Assembly: GCA_020184695.1 (NCBI GenBank)
Contig: JAANOX010000261.1
Location: forward strand, 1 to 64,000
Length of the DNA stretch: 64,000 nucleotides
Source: Histomonas meleagridis 2922-C6/04-290x
Taxonomy: Eukaryota; Protista; Parabasalia
Direction of reading: 5' to 3'
Position numbers and translations under genes: made by a program. Each line of letters starts with the position of its first letter. Within the stretch, counting starts at the first letter, position 1. This document shows, piece after piece, positions 46,701-57,500 of the stretch. The notes beneath the pieces were generated by a model that ran no database searches, was not told the origin of the DNA, and was given only the letters and a program-made list of their open reading frames with translations.

Positions 46701-48806
46701 TTTAATTTAAAGGTTAAATTAGCATTTGCTTCATGGTCAGCTAAAACACATTATTTACAAAGTGAAACAATCATTAATTTATTAGATGAAATAATTCAAG
46801 AAGCAAATAATATTAATAGTATTAATATTGAAGCTAATGCACATTATAATTTAGCAAAGTTTTATCATTCTTCATTTAAAGAGATTTGTGATTATTTTCG
46901 TTCGACTGAATATAATACTATAATTACATTTATCAATTCTTCTTCTGATATTTTAGCTAAACAAAAACATACAACACATGAAATACGTAAGTTACGACGT
47001 GATATTGAAAACTATGAATATATTATTAAAACATCGAAAACAAATTTCTCAAATTATATCACGTTAGCAATCTCAAATTATTTATATACATTAAAATTAA
47101 CAGATAAATATGATACTGAATCATTATTCTCATTAATTGGATTATGGTTTACATATTCATATACTAAATTTAATACATTTGTACAAGAAGTACCAAATTT
47201 ATTACAAACTATAAAAGAAATGTTTGTTGATATTAATCCAATAAAGTTTTTACCATTATTTTATCAATTATCTGCACGTATTACTGAAGAAAATGAATTA
47301 AGTTCTACACAAGGTGAAAATTATAATTCGGAATTCCAATCGACATTACGTTTAATGGTTTATACCATTTGTAAATCATCGCCTATACAATGTTTTCCAG
47401 TATTATTTGCATTATTAAAGAATAATGATACTCCAAATCAATACACTCCAAACACGAAGAAAGTTGAAGCCATTGAAGAATTCATTGATGATTATATTAA
47501 TCAAGATGATATGTTATTTGATAAATGGAATATAATGAGTCAATTCTTAAATCATTATTTGTTAATAAGTAAAAAGACAACAACTTCTAGTAAAAAGCCG
47601 GAAACTTCTACTACATTCGATAAAACTGATCCAAACTTTTTAGAATTTATACATTCGAATATTAATAATGAATTACCGATTATTACAGAGAACAATGAAA
47701 TAAATTTAATTGATTTTGATAACAAAATAAATTATTTAGGTGGTCTTAATCGTCCAATGTTATTAAAGGTAAAAGGTTATGATGGACATATTTATCGACA
47801 AATCCTTAAAGGTAATAAAGATGACTTACGACAAGACTCTGTTATGCAACAATTATTTGTCTTATCATCAAAATTATTATCGAAACAAGATCCAAATTTA
47901 TATATTCGTTCATATAAAGTTATACCAATATCACCTGTTTGTGGGATAATACAATTCGTAGAAGGTTCTTTATCGATACAAGATTATTTAGCCGAAGAAT
48001 TTAAAAATAATGATAGATTATTCATCCGTGGAGCTCTTATTAGATATAACATTGGAGAAATGAAATACGTAGACGCATATAAAACTTTTAGAAAGGCTTC
48101 GAAATCTTTCCATGAAACAAAAAAGGAAAATGAAAAGGTAAAACTGTTAAAAACTTTCCGCCAAATTAGAGAGAAGCTGAAGCCGGTGTTCAGGTTCTTC
48201 TTCATAGAGCACTTTAAGAATCAAGCTGATTGGTTCTTGAGTCGGATTAGATATTGTCGGCATACTGCGACAAATTCAATGGTCGGACATGTTTTGGGTA
48301 TTGGCGATCGGCATTTGAATAATATATTAATCGATGTGAAGACTGGAGAAGTTATTCATATCGACTTGGGTATCGCTTTCGAACAAGGAAAGGCTCTGCC
48401 TGTCCCTGAACTGATCCCGTTCAGACTGACAGGAGAAATAATAGATGGAATGGGATGGAAAGGCGTTGACGGAGTATTTCGAAAATCTTGCGAAAAAACA
48501 ATGAAAGTGTTGAGACAAAACGTGGGTTACTTCTTGACTGTGTTGGAGGTGTTCATTAATGACCCGTTGTATAGTTGGAAGATGCCAAACAAACCCAAAA
48601 ATTCTTCACACACATTCAATGATACGGGTGAATCATCAAATACAAAGGCTGCGGAATCAGTTATCTTACAGTGTAGAAGAAAATTGGAAGGTCATGAAAC
48701 AGGTGAAGAATTATCGGTGGAAGGACAAGTGGCAAAACTAATCACTGATGCAACTAACGATATGAATTTGTGCACTTTATATTACGGTTGGAAGCCGTTT
48801 TTGTAG
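40758..48806 (+). CDS. ATM: ATM/Tel1-like PIKK serine/threonine kinase
   Basis: Kinase motifs DDLRQDSVMQQLF, GHVLGIGDRHLNNILID and IHIDLGIAFEQGK; FATC end LCTLYYGWKPFL; long helical N-terminus. The track start is TTG; the first in-frame ATG is at 40884. Confidence 0.9.
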   Translation: MFFTIEYEAYWSLLADHFTSFYKKSAIFDRLFWREFTYFPFLMNVVDRCGSLIKKLNTNNNSIRDIKSKAQEIEYFCEPFSNHGDFLRNFSHSQYVAQVTTAILDFAESCNSKSNLPPIVQSTIQKYFRILSRFNIPLCDEEKDIAGFKNSVIHIIALIIPTSDKWDFWVQIFADIFEIPTFYNVFNSETEVDSLYKLLNHLLKLSKLSEQTPQLISHVLTLFSRFLKHSPYPPTPNIIDQFFTCSKTLVSDSIPDKYFAVLLSILNSLIPLSPISFLISSPSNPPFDEKIFEELRSRWTRSVQKMPSLRQSASTFLYIFITLRRSMNIPIQQDFIDRWTSKIVEVWDTEQNKSILSRSLKDIPYLRSDVEFLKLSNDETISECLVKAFLFQNSINISGSQVMLFIAIGKYSPEIISKEDWIKIMERITTIDIKQLALLNSSVYLNVFYLISTMIDIINEHKHWNNIYIYLAKIQNNSGENIRQFYQLITLILSKQKIDTTTAHRYQDILFNNGHATQIDYPLERLIFMHTFIYYYGFSNEQIRSDCFNTMITLLDTLDNVDCIYIKQLSLVICSIILPHAPPLFLKQSLISENDITNYDFEEATNIMNKILTVTPKSIPSPLQNDQNFLFSPQSTQVETEDIDWFEPPDLEIPTYDGEENQKNYSQTKFALCNFLDCDVQNSYCEIISEKIILNMKYELLWKLFIHFNAPELFSNPLYYDFLSNEFLSKGNVITFPDFVEILLNVTKESNPESFQPFFEEIQMVFLNVMTDYLNNCKDDINKFINKYKNWDELQNITIHKLYKNLPNLIHFIEKCSNLVPDFAYQFWEKFEEFLDISKLIPILHLKICKYLLKISFDEPQINIIIESLQSLVIKVLNIKIVPYKERELFISELFNIIKPKLNDNEIFIELFKTISDNYLTPKMKSLILSLIQTHFKNAPSLFDCFWNLGSEYSDPFFLLDQYPQICLQSVESILSILKFKDIKNEKLDKYGFFNELIYPSLEVTFQSPKEYLQHTYTGLKLIVEIASNIPELTLKCLSILLRFFSENDLNLFSHISLNILLCSLSNRVHFSVFLRQFIPLLIKQILSIGTSPKKFPYKLFFFEENIPIVKQVSRFFDKAGPYLISYSLSTKEHQLFNEYKELLHKNHQELLKEYSLSIASFLLISRIENNDNEELKDYYLKSYEKVVTYLPEGNEFESPLPLLSFIIFTNEQVIINSYQKILSTNHSKSFIDIRLNLYILYSKIFSSHHELVQTHYLHQFILYTNILFKFHKNDFEENVTLYVDLLAHVNNLLDFIPGSEAVKLLNIISLNIPEKLTLKYIGLIKYIEDICQKNYYQQITEFSVRFPDLINKMLLMNFIINEQLKTRTPKLEFKRIYKTKRINTNSIEYLLKEFMTPNNPRINEINDLSVDIIRNVLNQIYEFSLNNPKTLALQLYSEMYLKFQSIHPSPLICKIDIKPEKNLYKTLIELTRHKDPHISKAVLTTLSLILSNTEKQFISQIFIQQNKELYSQLIQYKTWNKQKKSTKQVESNSPWICKFVCSLISKLFPDSFSFYFHNICSYLPDFSQQIFPFVLNDSLNITQHYEYIMKTIETFSDDPKLYIEECRYFIQAFLQFKINWFDENQKHRETSWHLKWKEKETPFHQLMRISLLIGDPYSAYQFAEFSLEKNPNSFDSQFFKQMFSLLDVHDLQYGLPVDLSNPSDVAKLHILENRMSRALVLFDNANNTDLLCNTLKSLHLYNFLDKISIENVDSLWRLQKWNVSSQLIREMSNDSYSSNLFQLMQSIATHNELAIHQKLNDYMESFKFELNSTVSNQLSKLLDASSLQWFETLIFNNSNSSKLFNLFPTDTLLNYQNNINELINLSKRSFHITESSLALNGIFYCISKKYRNVMIPKSFPITFFSDVITSARDNHNIEAAQYFVNLLRQYEDSPQYSNFEQIQLLYTDDPINAINIMNHKIQTLFLQEKDTNTTNKRIKSFNLKVKLAFASWSAKTHYLQSETIINLLDEIIQEANNINSINIEANAHYNLAKFYHSSFKEICDYFRSTEYNTIITFINSSSDILAKQKHTTHEIRKLRRDIENYEYIIKTSKTNFSNYITLAISNYLYTLKLTDKYDTESLFSLIGLWFTYSYTKFNTFVQEVPNLLQTIKEMFVDINPIKFLPLFYQLSARITEENELSSTQGENYNSEFQSTLRLMVYTICKSSPIQCFPVLFALLKNNDTPNQYTPNTKKVEAIEEFIDDYINQDDMLFDKWNIMSQFLNHYLLISKKTTTSSKKPETSTTFDKTDPNFLEFIHSNINNELPIITENNEINLIDFDNKINYLGGLNRPMLLKVKGYDGHIYRQILKGNKDDLRQDSVMQQLFVLSSKLLSKQDPNLYIRSYKVIPISPVCGIIQFVEGSLSIQDYLAEEFKNNDRLFIRGALIRYNIGEMKYVDAYKTFRKASKSFHETKKENEKVKLLKTFRQIREKLKPVFRFFFIEHFKNQADWFLSRIRYCRHTATNSMVGHVLGIGDRHLNNILIDVKTGEVIHIDLGIAFEQGKALPVPELIPFRLTGEIIDGMGWKGVDGVFRKSCEKTMKVLRQNVGYFLTVLEVFINDPLYSWKMPNKPKNSSHTFNDTGESSNTKAAESVILQCRRKLEGHETGEELSVEGQVAKLITDATNDMNLCTLYYGWKPFL

Positions 48807-50086
48807 AACGTTTAAATGTTTTAACGGTCCTCGGAAAATTCAATTGTAAATAGATCTATTCTTCAAGATTAAAGTTGTTAGGAAATAACATTTGTATTAT
48901 GTAGCTCAGTGTAAGATGATATATATGTGGAATTCTTAAAGATATATTTTCATTTTTTGTGGTATCAAATGTGAATCGTTGACATTGTTAAGTTTGAAAT
49001 GTTTGAGGATTTTTAGGACTTTCGAGTTACGCAGTAGTGATGACGTACTTAGACTAAAGAACAAATGTTTGGTATTATGGGACTGAAAATAATAAGGTGC
49101 ACCTCAATAGACTTCATTAAACGTTGAGAGTAAAAAATACTATGAATAGTATATAATTTCTTGGTGTTATTAAATGAATAAAATGCGGTAATGCATTTTT
49201 CATTATAATTTTTTTCACGAAAATTATCAGCAAATTATATAATTTTCATTAAATCATGTAATGAAATATGATATAAAATCCATAAGTAAAAATTGAATGA
49301 ATTATTTAATCTATCGTCATTATTTTCACCGGTTTATATCGTGTTTCAGGGGGGTCGAAATGGAAGGAAAAAAAGTTTCTTACTCAAGCTCTTGCTGCAA
49401 AAGATTATAAGGACAGAGAGTGCTTTGATAACGACCGTTAGAATCAATCCAAAGCAAAACATTTTTATCTTTTGCTCTAAAAATTCTTCCAAAGTACTTT
49501 CTAGCTCGCTCTTTTTGCCCTTGGCCTCTCCAGCATCCTTACAGAATGTCGAGCAACCTTTTGAAAAATTTATTTCAACTTTCCTGCTTTTTAAGTCAAA
49601 TGATATGGAAACTAATAATTTATGCAATTCCTGCCATTTGCACATTAAGGTCTTTCATTACAAACAGCACAACAAGCAAAAAATTCAATCATTTCTCATT
49701 TTTAAAAATTTCTGAAAGCAAAACAAAAAATATTTTAAACAACCTCAGCTGCAGTGCCTGCTTGCATGGTAATATTGAGTTTTTTGTTCAATATATTTTT
49801 CAACTTTCTAATGTATTCAATCTTTTTTATTCTCCCTCAGCAATAACTTTTACGCATATGACACACCCAAGGCCTCATAGCCTTCAACTCCAGTCGAGTT
49901 ATTTTGATATATCTTCACTAAATCATCTTATATCATTTTCTAACATAAACAAAGATTCGTTGCATGGTTACTTTGCAAGCGCAGAGCTATTCCATATCCT
50001 TTTCATCCTCAGCAAATTCATTTTAATACTTTTTTTTGTAATATTTTTTAAAAGATATTTTTTAAATGTCAAATTTTGTTTAAAAA

Positions 50087-51252
50087 ATGTTGAAACAAAT
50101 TTTTTTATATTTATTTTTGTCTTGTTTTTTGCTGACACATTCCAAAATTATATCGAAGGTAACAATACACTTATAATATACAATGAAAATGAATTTACAG
50201 AAGAATTTTCTAATTCAACTGAAAGTGTTATCATACTTGGAAATGTTTCCTCAATTACAAGTGGCGAATTCAGTGAATGGACTCAGCTAAACTATGCATA
50301 CATCGGCAGCTCAGTTACGTCAATTGGAGGTTCTGCTTTTTCCAGTTGCAGTAATTTGGAAAGTGTTATAATTGGTGAAAATGTAAAAGAAATTGGAGAT
50401 TCTGCATTTTCAAATTGCACGAAGCTACCAAATATAACAATTCCACATTCAGTTACGTCAATTGGAGGTTCTGTTTTTTCCAGTTGCAGTAATTTGGAAA
50501 GTGTTGTAATTGGTGAAAATGTAAAAGACATTGGAGATTCTGCATTTTCAAATTGCACGAAGCTAAAATGCATATATTATTATGGAACAAAAGAGCCAAA
50601 CATTGGATCAAGCGCTTTCACAAATGTTTCTGCAGTTATGGTATTGGAGAAGTATGTTGAAGAAACTTTTGGAGAATTAGATATAACTAAAGGCACAGTT
50701 GAAGGCTGCGCACCAATGCCAACGCTTGCATTCACGCAATCGAACACATTCTCTAATTCTAACACATTCACTGCGTCACTTCGCAGTGATTTATCACAAA
50801 CGTTTTCGTTTATTTTAACTGTTTCATTATCTATTTCATATTCTATGACGTGTTCTGCGATTGACACGCAAACGATTTCATATTATTTGAGTAATTCGGA
50901 GTTATCTTATGTTGAAACGAATTTCATATATTACAATTACACAGTTATTATATATTCGACATATTATAGCTATTATTCGAATTTCTTCGCATACGTGTAT
51001 CTGAGTCCAAATGATAATACATCGAACGGAATGACAACTGCGGCGCTGATCGGAATAATCTGCGGCGCGGTCGCATTCGTTTTGATTGTTATCGCAGCTG
51101 TTACGTTTTTGGTAAAAAGTAATCACAAAAAGGAAAAGTCGAGCGTGAAGCTGCAGTTTAAGGAGACAACAACGTCAACTACAAAACAATATGATGATGT
51201 CGATAGTATAATTGAAGAACTTGCAAAAGAAGACGAAGATAATTGGATATGA
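50087..51252 (+). CDS. BspA-like LRR_5 single-pass surface protein with a frameshift in the signal-peptide T7 run
   Basis: TSIGGSAFSSCSNLESVIIG-type repeats (138-bp duplication at ~50310-50585), a Ser/Thr stalk, TM LIGIICGAVAFVLIVIAAVTFLV and an acidic tail. ATG 50087 joins the main frame if one T is added at 50100-50106. Confidence 0.85.
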
Positions 51253-51551
51253 TGAAATTGTTCAGTAAAAATATTTTTAATTTTATTTTCTATTTTGTAT
51301 AAAAGTAAAAGTTTTAAATGAATGAAATGCAAACTCAAAAATGAAAAAATTGTTCAAAAAGTTTTATTGTATATAGTGAATTTAAGCAATATGAATGGAC
51401 ATACAGTTTTGCAGCAATGAAGTGTCTAGCCGATAGGGAAATTGAATAGTGAATACGATTGTTTTCTACTCAATTACCAGACTTTTGACTTTAGCAGAAT
51501 AGGATGGCACTTTTATGTATCGTTCGGTGAACTAAATTTCCCAACCAAAAA

Positions 51552-54500
51552 ATGATCCAAAAGTTCGGGCTGATTTTCAAACGCCATACCAACACAGGCT
51601 CAGAACTTCAAGTTGGGGATCAGCAATTAGTGGGTATGTTTTTAAAAAACATAGAAGCAATTGAAAAATTATCAGATGATCCAATTTGCAGTTCATTATT
51701 CTCAGACTTAGTCAATCAGTTCAACCCAACTTTTCAAGGAATTAAATCAGAACAATTAAATGAGATTAAATTTATTTTTGAAAGATTTGTAAAATTATGT
51801 GTAAAACATGGTACAATTCTCTTAGAAAATAATTCAAATTGTTCAACTCTTATGTTTTCTTCTTTAATTTTCATAGATAAAATATTTGGAAGCATTCCAA
51901 ATGTTCAATTATTTTATCCAATGTTTTATTCCATCTGTTCTATTCTTAAAACAAATCCAAGTTTTATAAATAGTTCGAAAGAATTTCTTATTTTACTATT
52001 TAAAACACAATTATTTTTCAATGAGTTTATTTCACAAAATGGTTTTACAATGATATTTTCCTCATTTTTTATATCTTATAACAACAATTCTTTACAAGAA
52101 TTTTTCCTTAATTTAATATTTAAAGTTGTACCTATTGATTTTTATAAGTTTCCAAACAAATCAATTTTAACCAATTTAAAGTCATTTTTAAATCAACTTT
52201 CTCTACAAATTGATTCCAACATCTCATCGTCTAATTCATGTTTATTTATTACATATTATTTAATTGTGTTTTTACCATCAAATCCAACGATCATTCAGCA
52301 GTTTTCGGTTATTGGCGGTTTTTGCATTTTGAACTCACTTTTCGTAAACAATTCAAATGAATCAGCACAAGCATGTTATGAATTATTAATAATAAAATCA
52401 AATGTAGATAAATATGTTGTTAGTGGTATCTTTGATTTATTTCAAGATCCAAAAACAGATGTACAATTACGATCTAAATTAATATTAATATTAAATATTC
52501 ATACTAATAATATGAACGAAACTTTAACCAAAATATCGAATGTTTCACCAATAACTTCATATATTATTAGGCCGCCATTTTTAAACAAAGAAGGATTAAA
52601 CAATTTAGAAATTTTAATCGAAAGTTTTTTACAACAAAAAATCATTAAAATCGAAAATATTTTGGTTCCAATTATGAAATTAATTTCGCCTCCTTATGAT
52701 AATGAAATTCCAGTTTTATTATATGTAAAAATATTTTCTCATTATTATGAAACAGGAGAAATTAATAACGAGATATTAATCCAAAACAATTTTTTCGATT
52801 ATTTCATATTAAATCCTTCGCCAGAAGAAATCGGAGAATATTATAATAATTATTATAAATTACTTGAAATTATACAAAACGTTTTCATGTCCAATAATGC
52901 AAATGATTATCGATTTCAAATAATCCAAAAATTTATTGTTTCATCGAAATATTTTAATGATATTAAATATATTAAAAAGTTTCTTTCATATTTAATCAGT
53001 ATAAATTTCAATTTTCAAGTGTTTAAATTGTTACTTTCATGGATATCTAAGCCTTTTATATTATCAATTCTGATAAAAGAATCAAAAAAATCGGAAAAAT
53101 CAATAAGTTATTTTCTGAAATCAAATGGATTTGTATATTTGAACAAATTCTTAATAAATTTTCCTGAATTAACAAATCAAATTTTATTATTCATTAAAAG
53201 TTTAACTAATTTTATGCCAAATCGAAGCATTGATAATTGGATTAATTCATTTCCAATTAATTCGACGATTTATCACTTGACAAATGAATTTTATAAAGAA
53301 GTCCTTAAACAAAATGATTATTTAATACATATTCCATCACTTTTTTATTATGCAAATGAAGTTGATATTACTTCTCAATTAAATTTATATTTAGTCGGTA
53401 AATATGGAATTTCAAATTATATCAAAAACGGAGTTAATATAATTGATATTCCATATATATCATTAATATCTAATCGTTATATTGATGTGAATTATATCAA
53501 TGAATTATTTAAATCAAATCCTTTAAAATTATTAAATTTCGTAGACTTAAAACAACCGAATTTTCCAATTTATGAATTTTCTTCATTACATAATTCGACA
53601 TTTTTACAATTTAAGTTAACAAAACTTTTAACAATTTCATTTTGGTTTAATATACCGAAAATATCGAAAGAGAAATTTTGTTTAATGAAATGTGGGAATT
53701 TAATAATTTCTGTTCAAGAAGAAAGTATTATATTTTCTACACAATCGACACAAATTGCTTTTTTGTTATCAATTAATCAATGGCATCATATTATAATATC
53801 ATTTATATATAAACAACGAACTTTATTAAAACAAATTGACATTGAATTCGATAATGAATATAAAGGCTATTTGACAATTGATCAAAAATCAGATATAATA
53901 ATATTTGGAGAAATAGAAAAATCATTACCAATACCAATACAAATATCAAAGTCAATTGTTATAAGTGATAATTTATTTAATGAAACACAAAAAATGATTT
54001 TAAATAATAATAAATATACACAAATATTTTATAATAATAAAATAAATAAAATGAAAAGTAAATACGTTTTTGATATCCCTTATTTAGGATTTGCTTCATA
54101 CTTTAAGAAATCAACTCAATTACATAAAATGTTTAACTTTCTTGAAAGTATGAATACTTTTGAAGAATTTAATTCGATTTTATTATTGTTGATTAACTTA
54201 CAAAAGCTTCATCAATATAAATTATTAAAGTTTTGGAAAAATTTGTTAATTATATTTAAAAGGAAATTAGAAATTATCATAAAAAAGTTTAATTATTTTT
54301 GTTGTGATATATTATTTAAAGAATATTCATCAAATATTTCCACAAAAATTTTATGTTTATTCCTTGAAGATTTAGAATTTTATTTCATATTTTCGGATGA
54401 AATTATAATTAATTGGTATAATCATATCTTAGAATTAACTGAAATTAATTATAATTTGTTTGAAAAACAAGATTTAATAACAACTTTGTTTACTATAATT

Positions 54501-57500
54501 CGATCTGGTTTAAATCAAAACAAATATTTTGTTATAATAAAAATGATTTCTAAAATTATTTCATTACAATTAACTAAAGAAAAGTTATTAAAAATATTTA
54601 ACTCGATTTTATCAATTTCTGATTGGGATATTATCAATAAAAATGATTTAATACATTCGAAAATTAATTCATCGAAATTACAAAATCAACTTTTAAATAT
54701 ATTTGTTGAGACAATAAAAATTAATTATCAAATCGAATTATTTTCACAACAACAAATTGTTAATTTTATGTTACACTTTCTTGATGAAAGATCAATTTTA
54801 TTAGCCGAATTACTTCCAATATATTCATATCATAATCCAAAATATATTAATTCGACGAGCATTGACTTTTATGTTTTTGGATATTTTTCGAATAATAAAA
54901 AGATTTGGAATATTTCTTTGTCGATATTAAGTGGACAATTATTTGAATCAAATCAAATCAAAAACATTCAAATATTACGTCCTTCATTTTTGCCAGTAAT
55001 CATTGAGATGTTAAATGAATTAGCATTAAAATGTTCATATGATTCAATTAATGAAATAAAATCGGAAAATTTGAATTTGTTTTCTTATATAATTTCAATA
55101 TTTTGTAATCTTGATCAAAAACAATATACTTATTTTAATAATTCGAATATATTACCATTATTAAATAATTTGATTAATCTTGGAATGTTACCAAATAGTT
55201 ATTCACCTGATTATAGTGATAAAAGAATAGAAAATGTTAACATACAATTTACACAACAATTTCCTAATAAAACTGAAATTAATAATATTTTGAACTTATT
55301 AAATAATAATATTTTCGATTATAATGTTCCTGAAAGTCAATATTATGAATCAAATTTGAATAATTCGTTTATATATTTACCAAATGATTTAGAAGATTGT
55401 AAATGTTTAATAGAAATAATCGAAAAGACAAATTTATTAAAGTTTTTTGTTAATATAATTTTCACAATTCCAATTTCACAATTTTCGACTTTTTTATTTG
55501 ATTTAATTTTAGGTAATTCATTAATGTATCAAAAATATTGGAATTATATAGCACAAAAAATCATTTTGTTATCATTAGAATATATTCAAACGAATAAAGA
55601 ATTCATTATAACATATTCTAAACAATTGTTTTTTGTTGTTCATAAATGTATTATTCATTCATTGTTTAATATTTCATTTATGGAAGTATTAAATAATTTA
55701 TTTATTATGTTAATGAATGTTGATCAAATAAAATTATTTCAATCATTTTTACAAGATGAAAAATTCATTAAATTATATCGTGAAATACTTTTATCTTCTT
55801 TTTCTTATATTGCAGAAGATAAAACTAATGAATTCTATAAGATGTTATTTAAATATAAAAACTTAATCTTTAATAAAAATATATTTAATGATCGAATTTT
55901 TGCTAAATATTGGTTACATTTATTTCGTCAATTAGATGGGAATTCACCTGAACGAATTAAATGTTTATCATTATTTATGGAATTTATTGGTAATAACTCC
56001 ATGAAAAATTATGACTTGATCGAAGTACAAACAGAATGGTTACAATATCGTTCGCAATTTATTAAATATCATTTCGACAATAAAGATTATCAAAATCGAA
56101 TAAATAAAATGAATCAAATCATTGAATTTAAACAAAAGAAATATTCAAATGCCGCAAAAAATGAATTATTAATGAAAATTTATCGATCGATTAATTATGA
56201 AATTGAAATGAATAATGTTTATTATAACATTAATTTGAAATATCGAAAATATGAAATTAATTTGAATGAATTTTCTTTATTATCAAAAAGATCTCAAATT
56301 AATAATAATTCTATTAAAACTTATCATTTATCACCTTTATCATTTCCTTATATGCAATCAAGAGTTTTATCTCCTTCACCATTTTCAGTTAAATCGCCTA
56401 AAATCGATGAAAAAATTAATAAAAATTATTTTGAGTTAGAATTCCATCAAAAAGAGCCACGAATTAAATTAATGAAAGAAAAAGGTAATTTTAGATGTTC
56501 TCCTCAATGGTGTCATATGCATATTGAAGGAGATAATTTTATTTCTCCGTTTGATTATTCATATTATATATCACAAAGTGATAAAATATTATTTAATTTA
56601 TTTGTTAATATATTTCGATTAACAAAAACACAATTTTCATATTTTTCAATTTCGATATTATATTCAATACAAACAATTCCTTGTATATTATTTATAACAG
56701 AAAACTCATTAATTATTTTGATTTTAGCAAATTTAACTAATGATAATGGAATTGATTTAATTAATGAGCCACAATTTCCAATTTCATTTTTACCATTCAC
56801 TGAATCAATTACATTAGGCGAATTTTCGGAATATTCATTATTTTGTGGACATATAGTTTTGATAATAAAGAACAACAAATTAATAAAAGTTAAACATCAT
56901 TTATATGTTCATCAAAACATTAGTTTATCATTATATTTCTTAGGTTTAACAAACATTATCATAATATTTAATACAATTTCTGATTTATTAAACGTCGATA
57001 AATTACTTAATCAAAAGATTCAATTACCTAAAACATTTCCAACAAATAAATTTTTCATTAATATTAATTCGATTGATTTAGCTACTAATTTATGGAATAA
57101 TAATAAAATTAATAATTTCGAATATTTGTTAATACTTAATGAATTTGGAGGACGTTCATTTTCTGATTTATCACAATACCCAATAATTCCATGGGTAATA
57201 TCACCAACTTTAAAGCAACGAGATTTATCTAAACCTATGGGACAACTTAATGAATCACGTGCTAAACATTATGATCAAACATATGAAATGAGTGTCCCAA
57301 AATATTATTATGGATTTCATTATTCTTTACCGAGTAGTGTTTTTTGGTTATTAATTCGTATTTTACCATTCACTTATTTCGAATGGGAACTTAATAAAGG
57401 TTGGGATGCATCGCAACGAATGTTTTATTCGATTCAAGATGCTTATACATCATCTGCGATAAATAATCCGTCTGATTTAAAGGAACTGATTACTGAGTAT

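Noticed and set aside
49293-50086. ORFs 49293-49715 and 49346-49645 and the 180-aa N-terminal extension of the BspA ORF
   Set aside because: Overlapping frames with non-ATG starts and no motifs. A better signal-peptide start exists at 50087.
42604-56878. Short antisense and alternate-frame ORFs inside ATM, BspA and BEACH
   Set aside because: Shadow ORFs of long coding sequences with no independent motifs.
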